Of a DNA stretch of 52,549 nucleotides, positions 11,770 through 23,702 are shown piece after piece. Origin of the DNA: Hydrurus foetidus. Its lineage: Eukaryota. Below the pieces are notes generated by a model. That model was given only the letters and a program-made list of their open reading frames with translations. It made no database searches and had not been told where the DNA came from. Each line of letters starts with the position of its first letter. The stretch's first letter is position 1. The translations under genes and the position numbers were made by a program. The DNA lies in assembly GCA_900617105.1 (NCBI GenBank), contig UYFQ01000778.1, forward strand, positions 1 through 52,549. The letters run 5' to 3'.

Positions 11770-13412
11770 ATGAACTGTGCTGCTAACGGCAGTGCCGCTG
11801 ACGTTAATCGCTCACAGCACGATAATCACAACTTCATGGAAAAGGTGCTGGAATGCCCACTCTGTCTGAGTCTGATATGTGAGCCACTTTCGATTTCTTG
11901 TGGGCACTCCTTTTGTCGCGTCTGCCTGGTGAAATCACTACGAAGGTAGCGCATTCCATCGAGTGCCTCGCTCGATATTCTGCCTTCGATTTGCAGAGCT
12001 GACAATCATCGGCACCCATCCATAGATCGAAAAAGAAATGTCCACAATGCCGGGCTGTTTGTCATATCAGTGCAGAAGATGCACAGGAAAATATCATGAT
12101 AAGAGGTCTGGCTGTGACGACACATTGATTTCGAACTTACAGCTGAAGTTAGATTGCTTCGCAACTAACTTCAACTTCTCGATCTTCACAGATCTGGCAA
12201 TAAACTGGAATTCAACAGAGTACGCTTCGCGGCTCATCGATAGTGAGGCAGAGAAGAGCTGTTGGATGACTTTGCTGCCTATCTTTTATTACAATGAGAC
12301 ATTATTCCCAGGAAGTAGGCTCGACCTCCATCTATTCGAGCCACGATATAGGGTTATGATGCAAAGAGTCGTCAACACAACACGCTCTTTCGCGTATGTC
12401 CCAAACTTCAATCAGTACAGGGCCAATGTTGGTGATGTAGCGTTAGTTGCCGTGCTAGAAGAGGTCGAGTTCATGGCTGATGGGCGCTGTATGCTGCAAG
12501 CGAAGCTCTCCAGCAGGATGACCATCACAGAACATTACGGTCAGCCCACTCACCTCGCTTCTCGAGCTCTGAGCAGCAAATTGGTTACTATTTTCACTGC
12601 ACGAAGGAATATCGCGTTTTCTTCACTTTTTACGACCTGATGACGCCGACATGGATGGTTCTAACTGAACGCTATCCTGTCATTTAAACAGTCGAGGAAG
12701 GCACGCAAGGACTACACTTTTGCCGTCTCGTCCCTCTGGCGGACGATCCCATAGACCCCCTTCACTTGCCACCCGTAAATCGGCTTGTCCAACTGGCCAC
12801 CCAAATAATAGAGTGAGTGCGTTAAATGCACGAAATAGAAAACTTAATCATGAGACTATACAGAATATTTATGAGATAACAACTTATTCACGAGTGCATT
12901 CCTTATGCAGGAGCGTCTTCAGCACTGCGATTCGAGACCTTGAAAGCCGCTATGGTCCTATCCCTCCAGCCTCAGGACCAGAGGCATTTTCTCTATACCT
13001 GGCCGCGATCTGCCCTCTTGCCGATAGGGAGAAGGCACGATTACTCTCCTCGAAAGACACTCTGGAGCGTTTACGGTGTTCTGTTGCCTGCCTGTCTGCC
13101 GTAACAACAAGGCGGGCATCAATTTTTACGACTGATGACGCCGTAAGGGCAGCCGAGGAAAGCCAAGCAGCCCCTCCGGTTCCTAGAAGAAGAAGAGCTG
13201 CCAGAAGACAGCCGCTGAGGAGACCCAGGACCGCACAGAGCGGAGATTCCGTGGGTCTCGTTGCTGATGGCGATGCAGTGAATGCAGAGGGCATGGTGAC
13301 TGAAGAGGAGGAGGAGGAGGAGGAGGAGGACAGCAACGAGGAGAGTGAGGAAGACGTTGAGGAAGCCGAAGGGGAGGGGGGAGGCGAGGGAGAGGGGCCT
13401 CAGAGGTTATGA
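11770..13412 (+). CDS. LON peptidase N-terminal domain and RING finger protein (LONRF-like), 5 exons
   Basis: [21 protein letters not shown] spans intron 11946-12026. Lon-N/PUA motif [20 protein letters not shown]. Further introns at about 12106-12192, 12540-12691 and 12813-12910. Acidic tail. Confidence 0.88.
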
Positions 13413-14898
13413 GAACGAGTGGGACACGGGGGGCCTCTCGACTTCTCACACAACCCCTTATTTGTAACATACATTCGTGACCGCTCGAAAATGTATTTGT
13501 TTCACACATTGCGATTTGTTATAATCGGCTTAGTGCTATATTTCTGCGCGATTGATACAGACACGTCACAACGTCAACTCCCTGACCACGCGTAGCTCCT
13601 TCAATCAACACACGCACTCACACACGCACATACATACACTACTTAGAATATATGTGATATAATTTAGCCGTCAACTGCCGCAATATGTACCTAGCCTAAT
13701 TAGATAAAGCACGCATTCTTAATACAGCAGTCTTCTTCGCGAAGTGAATCAAACAGCATCTACTTCAGGGTACACTCACCAGACCAAGAAAGTACCGAAG
13801 TCCTGTTGCTACTGTGTCAGTGCATATCCTTTGGTACCGGAATCTGTCGGACCAGGGCCATATTAATCAGAATTGAAGGGCTTCTTTTTTCGCCGGAAAG
13901 TCATTAATTGATGCCTCTATCGACAAATTTCGGAGAAGCAAAACACACATGGTCACCAGATATGGTGCGTGCACTCTTGTGGCCGATTCACGACACTGAA
14001 TTTAAAGTGATTTCTACAACTATACCATTTCAACAGCTAGATTGCTGTCGATGGATTGTCCTGAAATTTTCGGAAAAGGATCATCTCATCTCGAGGCAAT
14101 GGCAGGCTTCGCATCAACGGAATGGTGTTTTCTTGTCCACAGCAGCTGCATCGTAGTGAAGCATCAAAGTAATAGATGATGCAACGTACTGTTTTTCTGC
14201 TTAATTCACTGCTCTTAGGAGCCAAGGTTAATAAACATAATGGAGATAAAAGATTATCCGCGAACATGGGTATCTATCTAAATGAAGTGCTTCCGATCAT
14301 TAAGAATTAAGTATTCTTGAATAGTTTGAAGGGAAGAGAAGAAAATAGTATGAAAAAATAATATTGGTGAAGAATGGAAAAAAATACAATTGAAGAAATG
14401 AGAAAGTTTTGAAGTAGTGTTAAAAGGATTACCCATAATCTCTTTTATGGGCGGTAAAAAAATGGCTTTTCGCAAATATTAATGATATAAGATATTAGTA
14501 TCAGATCATGTTGGGAAAAAGCCTGGAACGCACTGAAAAGATTCTCATCTATCTATCTAGATCCAGAAAGGATAGCAAAATGCTAAGTAAATCCAAATGT
14601 ATAAAAAAAAAACAATGGAATGGAATGTAGGCAGGCATTATTTCAAAGGATATATTGTAGCAATTCTGTGTAAAAGAATGCCTCTTCAGGATACTGTCCT
14701 TGATGAAGAAAAATAACCCGAACGTCCTTGCCTTCTTTAGCATATTTCCTGACCCATTCATATTGCTTCCATTCCTTCTTTATATTTGGACTCCCAGGCC
14801 CGTGTTGATTGGATTTCGTCCAATTCATGTAACCGTAGCATATATCAAGTATCCAGGTGTAGTGGTGTAGTTTGGTTTTGAAGAGGTCCGCACCAATT

Positions 14899-16651
14899 TT
14901 AATAATCGTCTTCGAACGTCACGCTTTTGCGTGATTTTGCCGGGGTCATAGGTGCAGTAGAAATGGGACTGCTTGTGGGTGAAGAGGAAAGGGGAGGTAG
15001 AATGGAGCCATAGCTGCTGTTAGCGCCTTTTTTATCTCTTCTATTTCCCTTCCTCTTCTCCTTTTCTTTCTTTTTCTCCTTATCTTTCTCCTCGTATTTG
15101 TCTTTCTCCTTTAGGACCTTCCAGCTTGAGCCACCATTTGCGAAGCAGCTCTTTAGAATTCCTGTGGAGACTGGCGTCGTTGGAGTGCTGGAGATCGATT
15201 TCTTCTTGTCCTTTTTCTTCCTCTGAGGTTTATCCATTTTTTTCTCTCTTTTATGCCTGACATTTTTTATCAGGAAACAGTCAGGGAAGTAAATTAGTTT
15301 CAATAAATGTTTGGATCCCATTCATCGATTCTGATTCAGATAGTGGTCGGTTCTGCATGAATCGCAAGACATACTTCGTCAGGATTTTTCTGTCCCTCTG
15401 CATTTCGGCATCTTCGACAGTCTTTGAGAAGCCCACATCCGCGACATCGGTCTCGCCGTTGATGCACTCTATCCATGAGGCTGGAGTCTCCAAGTGTAAG
15501 ATCCTCAATTGCTTTGCGCCCTCTAATTTTCGTGATGAAGGGTTTGAGCGGATGTCATCTTTACGATAAATTTTCTGAAGCGATCTCAAGCGGTCAGTAG
15601 CATTGGTAGCATCAAATGCTTCGAGCCTCGCTTTTCTCAATATCATTAGGAAGCACACTTCCTCTTTCCTTCTTCGCATGCAATCCGTCGAGAAGGTCAT
15701 TCTTTGCGCCCATTGAATACCCTCTCGTATGGCGAAGCTTCCATCCGTGTTCGTAGTATCACTTTCTGTCGAAGTCTCCGTAGAGTTGCCCGTGATCTCT
15801 TCATGTTTGCCGAAGTCGAGCTTGATGCTCCGCGTACCATTTGAGTCAATAGATTTCTCCGTGTGAGAATTATCTACACTCTTCTCCGTATCTCTCTTCA
15901 TGTCGAGAATATTTCCACGATTACAGTGTGTACTAGTGGCGCTGTGCCAGAGTTGCCTAGAGATATCGAGAGCAGATAAATGGCATTGATGCTCATCGAC
16001 CGAGAAGCATCGCCGTTTGTGACTAGCTGCCGAAACTGATACGCCTTTCATGAGAAGCTCTCTTAGTGTCCAAATATTAGACCTCCCAATGGCATATATT
16101 GCCGCCGAGTTACCGTCTTTATCGCAGGCGTCGATGTCAACGTCACGATCTTGAAGCAGATTCTTGACGATTAGTAGTTGTTTTTTGTTTTCGACGGAGT
16201 CACAAGCAACCATAAGGGGGGTTCTTCCAGTGGTATTCGGTCGGTTTAGATTCGCGCCCCAATTCAACAGGAGTCTGACTCCCTTCACTTTGTTCAGTTT
16301 AATCAGCCGATGGAGTGGTGTATCTACCTCTTCCAAGGACTGGCAGTTGGGATCGGCCCGTAACTTGAGTAAATCTCCCACATGATATGACCGGACGTTA
16401 GGACAGTTACAGATGAGAAAAAGAGCCTTCGTCGCGTCTGGACAGTAGGTGAACGCCTGGAAGTTGCGTGTCAGTTGGTGAGAACACTCGTAGTACATCC
16501 AGAACGCATCATTTGATGTCGAAGCCCGGAGATGTTGCCATTTCGCGCGCAGTTGGTCACTGAAGGTGCTTAAATGACCATATTTTCTCTCATGATTTAT
16601 GAATGTCGAGTAGATTTCATGAGCTGTGCCTGAAGTGGCCTTCCCGTCCAT
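14899..16651 (-). CDS. Ankyrin-repeat protein with Lys-rich C-terminus (exons 16651-15375, 15256-14899)
   Basis: TPLHRLI, GANLNRPNTTGRTPLMVAC and DKDGNSAAIYA ankyrin motifs. A GTATGT..CAG intron (15374-15257) joins ORF 15281-16651 to ORF 14899-15321 in frame. Confidence 0.8.
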
Positions 16652-17147
16652 GGTTATCCAGATCCGTTGCGCAGAGTTGTCTCAACTGAGGCTTCCAGGC
16701 AACGAGCTGCGCTGTAACCATCAAGTTTCGAAAATCGTCCGCAGTATGGATATGATCAGAAGACTTATCTATACATCAAACAAAGCAGGTGGGAAATTTC
16801 GCGAGAAGAACCAAGGGGATGGAAGAACCAAGGCTTTGGACTTTGTTTCGAAGAACCCGAAGAACCACAAGCATTTCTTTCATCCTATCGAAACGGTAAA
16901 ATCGGAAATCGCCTCATCGCCTCAGCGGTAATTGTGTCGTGTTTTGTGTTCTGTCTCGCAAATGATATAGGGTAGCCAATAACACAACAATTCAACTCTC
17001 ACCAGTCCACTTTGCTTCAGCGGAGGGGATTGAGAAAAACACGTACCAACAAGCGGGAATCCTCACTCACAATCACGCGTGTCTTCAATTGCAACTGCTC
17101 ATTTCAAACAGCCCCTATATCCCGATTCTCAAACAAAGTCAGCGGGG

Positions 17148-17405
17148 ATGGTATTTCGCATGATAACTCGGCAAGCATTTAAGACATTCCCTATCTTACA
17201 TACTGTTTCTCAAGGAACATGGGTATTCACTGGCACAGTGGCAGCACTTTCCTTTTCTGCTCTAACGTTCTTTGGCGGCGAGAAGAAAAAGGATGGTCAC
17301 GGTGCCTTCGACGTGGGTAAACCAGAGTTAGTCCAGTCATCCATGGACAATGCTGAGAAGATAAGACTGAAGAACTTCACTCCAAAATCACCAACAAGCG
17401 TTTAG
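17148..17405 (+). CDS. Small single-pass membrane protein (85 aa), possibly mitochondrial
   Basis: ATG at 17148; Arg-rich, acid-free N-terminus, one hydrophobic segment, charged tail. Confidence 0.55.
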   Translation: MVFRMITRQAFKTFPILHTVSQGTWVFTGTVAALSFSALTFFGGEKKKDGHGAFDVGKPELVQSSMDNAEKIRLKNFTPKSPTSV

Positions 17406-17740
17406 ATCTCACGATCTCATCAACGAAAGGGGGTTGCACATCACGCGTGGGATTTTGCAACGGCTTGGACAGCACAGACGTACAAAAGCTGAAGCCAATT
17501 AGGAAGACTAACGCTCGCGCCTTCATTGAAAGTTCCTGGAATATGACGAGTCCAAGAAGCATCACTGGCTGTAACTGGTCTACTCAGCACGGCAGGCGTG
17601 TCTGAGTGAGTATCCTCACAAAACCTGATCCCAAACAAACGGTGTCATATCTCATATATTCTTAATGATGCATCGTTCTATTTGGATGGGTGAGAGAGTT
17701 GCAGTAATAACTTAGAGAACTTCGTCTCTGCCAGTAATTC

Positions 17741-19217
17741 TTACAGATTCATAGCTAATGAGTCAATGAATGAGGCCCCCAACGCTATTAAGCTGCCGTG
17801 GTTCATATTACTATTAGTCCTTACGAATTGCCTTCTGTGCCTCTGCAGTTCGGCCAAGCCCACGTGTCTGTGGAACGCAAGTGTCCTGTCGAAGTCTTGA
17901 AATATTAGAGGAGTACCTACAGTGAATATCATTCAAATGGGTCAACTTTTGGGGAAATACATTCCAGATAAAAAAGTTGGGCGTACCTTCGACATTATCG
18001 GCTTGGTGGCATATGATTCTCTGTGTAATATCCTGACTGGAACGGTCGAGTTCGTGCAGTAAATCTGCATTCACTCTTGGAACAGAGATTGTTGAAGAAT
18101 TTGGTGCCGCCATTTGAGTTGAGTCTGTGAGGTGTAAGTAGGCCTGATGCATGATAGATTCCTCATCTTGATGCCTAACGTCAGGAATCGAGATTCGTAC
18201 TGATCCAGAAATCGACAAAGCAGACGTTGGACAAAAGCTCTCCTCCACGCAGGCGCTCTCTGCGCCAGGGGCGTTGTCTGCTACACAAGAGAGAGTCGTA
18301 AATGCCCTTGATTTAGATGCATCAGTCTCTTGTTTTATTTTCGGTCGCCACGAGGACTTCACTGGCCTCGCAATTGTGTCAGTCGCTGCTTCAGATCGGA
18401 AGATCATTTTGAAATTCTTATCAATAGCTAGGCACCTAATATCAACTTGTCCTTTCGTTGATGAAGGTGTTTCAGGCTTCTGATCCTCGCAATGCACTTC
18501 TTCTATGGCGACTAAGTTAACACCAGACGAAATGAGAGGAGGATTTTTTCCGCCATCAATGCAGTTATCTTCCCCAGATTTTGGGTCCTGCAATATTGAT
18601 TCTGTTGATATCAGAACACGGAATAAGGGAAAGTCCCATCGATTTTTCTCTATTGGAGCCTCGAATCTTCGCCTTAATTCAGTTAATCTGTAAGAGAGTA
18701 GTCCAGAAAGAAAACGTTTAGTATTCTGTGCTGAACGTCAGCTGCACTAAAGATCGGATTTTAGTCGGGTGGTTCTTTTACAGCATTATGCGCTTCCTGG
18801 CAGCAGTTGGACGTACATTTCCGGATCGTAGCCTTCATCTGGGCACTTCCCGGCCCTTACTGAGTTCCACTCAGTAGAGGAAACCTCGTCAGCTTCAATC
18901 CATATGCAGCAATGAGGAGTCCTTAAAGATTTCGAAATGCAAAACAATTCATATCGATAGCCTTTGATGTAGTTCATTGAATCAACAATAACGAAAGTTT
19001 CTGGACCAAGGTGATGATCGACAGCACTCTTCAAGGAGCCTCGGGTTTTCTTCTCATTAGATGCTTCTCTGTAACCAAGACGTTTGTTGACATTCTCACT
19101 TTCCTCATTTATTAGCACAACTTTCTTTGCACCTTTTATCTCCAAGAATTGCTTCAGTTTTTTGCTAAAAGTAGTCTTCCCACAGCAGGGGAATCCTGAT
19201 ATTATGATAAGAGGCAT
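17741..19217 (-). CDS. KTI12: KTI12 (Elongator-associated P-loop protein), 3 exons (19217-18817, 18687-17987, 17916-17741)
   Basis: MPLIIISGFPCCGKTT P-loop, IVDSMNYIKGYRYELFC, RRFEAPIEKNRWDFPLF and AELQRHRRQF motifs. Confidence 0.93.
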
Positions 19218-19745
19218 GGTGAGCAGAAAATGAGACGTTACCCTACATCAGGTAGAGGAACCCCTAATGTCAACTCTGTATCAAAAAGAAGTATCAAATA
19301 TGATGTATTGCGATTGACGATTGACAAAACGCATATTACTGTATTCTGTATTGGGGGATAAACCGTATGGTGGTTCCACCTCTACATACCAAAAAAAAAG
19401 TAAGAAAAGTCAAATAATATGACGCCAGAATTGCAGGGAAATACGTGTCATGTGTGTCGTACGTTACTTATTGAGTTTATCCCCCACTTGGTACGTCACA
19501 ACGTACCCCCTCACAACGTACCCCCCACAATTATTCTGTCGAATACAGAATAGTTACACAGAATACAGAACTGGACTGTCTTTTGGCTTTTGGCTGTCGG
19601 CTGTTTTCGTATTTTCTAAAAAAAACCTGTTGAAGGAAATCCTATGTTGACGTTTGGTTTGGTAATGGGGGTTTCAGTGTGATACTGTCGATCATTACAC
19701 GCCGCTGCATTATAGACTTACCAAGGGCAACTCACAAATTCAAAC

Positions 19746-20357
19746 ATGTTCAGCACCGTCTTCGCACTCGCAGCAATTCTGTCGTCAGCAGCAGCCTTTG
19801 TGCCCACTGGGCGCAAGGTGCAATCACCGTCTCTGCGTATGGCTTTCGAGAAAGAGATCGGTGCCCAAGCTCCTCTTGGCTTTTGGGATCCGATTGGACT
19901 CCTAAAAGACGCCGACCAAGCACGCTTCGATCGTCTTCGCTACGTCGAAACCAAGCATGGTCGTATCGCGATGCTTGCTGTTCTCGGTCATATCGTCACC
20001 AGTAAGGGCGACCGTTTTCCTGGGGAGATCGCTTACGGAGTTCCATTTGCATCTGTAAAATCAGGCCTCGCAGCTTTTGATAACATTCCACTTGCCGGAA
20101 TTGCGCAGCTCTTTTTCTTCATTGGGCTTCTAGAGCTCGGATTCGACAGTGTACAGAGCGAGATTGAAGTTGCTTGCAAGAAGGAAATGACCAACAGAGG
20201 CTGGGATGAGGCTACGCAGAAGAAGAAGGCATCTATTGAGCTTAATAACGGTCGTGCAGCGCAAATGGGCATCTTAGGACTCATGGTCCACGAGAAACTG
20301 AACAATGATCCTTACATCCTCAACTCCATACTCGGTTTTCCAGTTCAATTCAACTAA
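19746..20357 (+). CDS. Lhcf: Fucoxanthin-chlorophyll a/c light-harvesting protein (Lhcf type), plastid-targeted
   Basis: Signal peptide ending AAA-FVP; GFWDPIGL, RLRYVETKHGRIAMLA and ELNNGRAAQMG motifs; intronless. Confidence 0.96.
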   Translation: MFSTVFALAAILSSAAAFVPTGRKVQSPSLRMAFEKEIGAQAPLGFWDPIGLLKDADQARFDRLRYVETKHGRIAMLAVLGHIVTSKGDRFPGEIAYGVPFASVKSGLAAFDNIPLAGIAQLFFFIGLLELGFDSVQSEIEVACKKEMTNRGWDEATQKKKASIELNNGRAAQMGILGLMVHEKLNNDPYILNSILGFPVQFN

Positions 20358-20582
20358 TTACTTTTATGGAAGTCACTTCCGCAACACCCTTTAAGGCAGT
20401 GAATGCCACCAAACACTAACATATAATGTCGCTGCTAGACGTTCAACCAACTTCCCCAACTTTTATTTCCGAGTATATTCTTCGACTCCCATGTAATATG
20501 TCTAAAAAGAGAACTAGTCGATGAAAATGTTTGTTATGATGTTATTTCAAGAAAAGGCATCTTTTTCTGTGCAGTTTCGGAT

Positions 20583-21603
20583 TTACTTCGTAGCCAGTTT
20601 CATGATCTGTGCCTCGAGGTCTTTCTCAGATTTGACTGGCAGAACTGTAAAAAGAAGGGCGGCAAGTTAAGAATACAGTAGGCGATGTAGTAATAACTGT
20701 AAGTTGAGGTGGATGCACTCACCATTTCCCTCTTTGTCAACAAGGAATTTTCCTGCAAAGTTCCATGCAACGTCACTCAAGACTCCCTGCTCTTTCAAAA
20801 ATTTGTAAGTGGGTCTCGTGTTGGGTCCGTTTACGTCTGCTTTGGTGAAGACATTGGCGCCCTCAACGCCCTTTATGTCGTTATGAATTGTAAAACTGCT
20901 TAGGGACATCATCTACGTAAAACATAAAAATGTATCATAATGTAAAATGTTTCATAATGTGGCACCTTCAGGGCGCAGAATCCGACGACGTCGGCATCTG
21001 TGCCTGGCTGCAGAAAAAAAGAAAGGGAGGGTTGGAGTTCTCAGGCGAAATGAAAGGAGCAATTGCGAGTTCGTGGTATATTCTAGAACGATTTCGTTTT
21101 CCTGAAAAGGATCTAAAGAAGTAGCGAATTGATCAGTCCAGCATCGCCGATGTCGAAAAGCAGGCTGAGGATAGTTACCTCTTGTCCACCAAACTGAAGA
21201 CGTTTGTTAAAAAGTAGATAATCGAAATGAGTGGGATGGAGTATGTGAGCAAAAGAGAGTGTATCTCATACAGAAGAGTTGTGAAGCATACTTGATTGCA
21301 TGGAAAAATAGCGACTTCGACGCCTTCACTCTTCATTTTGGCAATCCTTGCGAGTAGTGCGTAACCGGACGCTGTATAACCGCATTTTGTAGCGACGTTA
21401 ACTCCATATACCACCTTTCCCTTGAATTTAGAGAAAGAAACTGATTTTCCAGTTGCATCCTTCTCATTAATATCATAGAATGAACTCATTGCCAAAGTTG
21501 ATGATGATCTTGCAGTTGAAACCGTCGCCTTTCCAAGAAAGGCCCTCACACTTGCTGCTATCATCAACGCGAATATGGAGATAAATATTGCTCTTGCAGA
21601 CAT
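20583..21603 (-). CDS. GPX: Plastid-targeted Cys-type glutathione peroxidase, 5 exons including a 15-nt micro-exon
   Basis: Signal peptide + [15 protein letters not shown] (Cys = TGC); FPCNQ|FGGQE|PGT split over exons; [10 protein letters not shown]; stop at 20585-20583. Confidence 0.92.
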
Positions 21604-23702
21604 TTTGGCTAGTTTGAATTAGATGGAAGTTACCCAATGGTGAGAGTGAGAAGCGATGAATTGCGAGTGAGAAGTAAGAAGTCATGGAATGTAACAGTGA
21701 CGCCTGCTGTGACGCTGCGGAACATGCGTGTGGAAAGTGGTAAGTGTGGAACGAGAACCTGCTTTATTTTCGTTTCTAGGGTAATTTTTTCATGCGTGCA
21801 ACGGGCAACATTCCACAGGTCTCCTCTATCTTCAAAACCCTCGATCAATCTGTGGACATCTTTTCAATTTTGACATCAAATAGAACTGTATTCCTGTCGT
21901 CGAGAAGTGCTGGTTAGTGGAAGAGCTTGGACGCCATTCAGATCTGAGAATAATGTCTCCGGTTATTCTCATATTTTTTGCAAGTCACATTGTTCGCCTC
22001 GGTGCCGTAGGAAGTAACAAGGTAACCGCTGTAAATCATATCTAAACTAGATATAGTGCAAGACTGACATTTGACGTGATCTCATGAACGTCATAGTCTA
22101 TCGACGAAGCGCTGCCAAACAGTTGGACAATTGTTGGCTCACCAAAAATCGCGTCTCAAAAAGATCAGAATTCACAGAGTCGAGCATACAACTTACGGTC
22201 ACGAGAAGCCACATCACAACGTGATAGTGCGATGAATCCGATAAATTCGTTGGGGCCTCATAAAAAATCAAAAAGTTATCGGCCTTTGAAATTACCTGAG
22301 GTGTTGCCTGCGGAGGATGTAGACAAGTCGGCAGAGTTCATAAGGATGTACGCCTAGATCCTTCATCCTCTAGGCCGCATCACTGGATGCGACACCTCCC
22401 ACGCCTCATTGGATACTAGAAATCAAGAGCCTAGAGAACTGTGTATTGCATGTTATTCTTGTTTGTATTATTACTCACTAGTTGTAAGCGATGCATTCAG
22501 CTGAAAAAGGTATTTTGAATTATCTTTCCGTCGAAGTATCGTGATATTAGGTTCGAAGTTGCTTTTTCATGACTATCTCAATGCGTGATGTGGATGCCGC
22601 AGCGAAGTCTGCTATTTGACAAGTGTTGTAACGCACCCTATTAGGAATCCCGTATCGGTCTGCACTTTTATTCTTGCTATTTATTCATCGAAAAATGTCA
22701 TCGTGCCATTGTCATTGAATTTCTTTCTTATTTTTTTTGGAATCTCTGGGTTGGAATACTTTTGTACGTGAGGAATGATCGTATAAAGCAATGCGAAGGA
22801 AATCTGTATGGGCGTCAGAGATTTCTGCAAGCGCCCCAATTGTTGCTCTGCTGTCCTAGGAGCGTGAGGTTGCATGCAAAAAGTATTGAGAAAAAGCTGG
22901 AAGAGCACAAACCTGTCGGTCGTTGTCAAGTATGAAGCGAGTCCATCGCGGCTTCAGGAAGTACAATAGGTGACGAAGTAGCGATAGTGTAGCCTTTCCC
23001 AAGGATGGTCGAGTTAGAGGTTTCGATAGGCGAACAGGGAAGCTGTTCACATCAATTAGGTGTAAAAGTATTTATGCTTCAATCACTCAATTGGCAAGAA
23101 ATAGCTCAAATCGACCAAAACTTCTCATGTCGGACAGGGTATTCATTCGAAGCCTACCCTTGATTAACGACACTGCCGAAGTTAGTATTTATCATGTAAC
23201 TAATTTCCTCAACTACGCTTCATCAAAATGATATCACACACCCAAATTTAATCAACTTAAAATAGTTTTTGCTCCTGTTGGAAATGAGTTCACTCATGTC
23301 GACTAGTCCCAGTGAGGCTGAAGCTGCAGATTCAGTTGAAAATTTCACGTAAAAATACAAAAGACGCTTGCCTGATTAATGCTCATGTAGACTTGGAGAA
23401 ACTGACAAATGAAGTGGTCTACCCTAAACAGCCACGCCCCGTAGTGTGCGTGTGAGATAATTTGGTACCAGATTTCTAAAGATACTAAAAATCATAGAAC
23501 TTCTGGCACTGTTGGGAAGATTCTGGCACACCATGAAAAAAATGAAAAATTCGCAGGAACATGAAAATTGAAGTGATCGATATTGCAGCGAAACAGTTCA
23601 GTTTGATCGACGTGATGTGGTTCTCATGCTGCTCGTGCTACCCATAATTGTTCTCGACAAGTCTATCAAGTCCCCAGAAAAGTCTTTCAGAAAGTCTGGC
23701 AG

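Noticed and set aside
13860..14830. Short ORFs between LONRF and the ankyrin gene
   Set aside because: Fragmentary frames with no identifiable domain; cannot be supported without homology searches.
21380..21390. Selenocysteine glutathione peroxidase
   Set aside because: The active-site codon is TGC (Cys), not TGA.
21900..23400. Short ORFs (22681-23050) as a gene or TE relic
   Set aside because: No recognisable motif, consistent splice model or terminal repeats.
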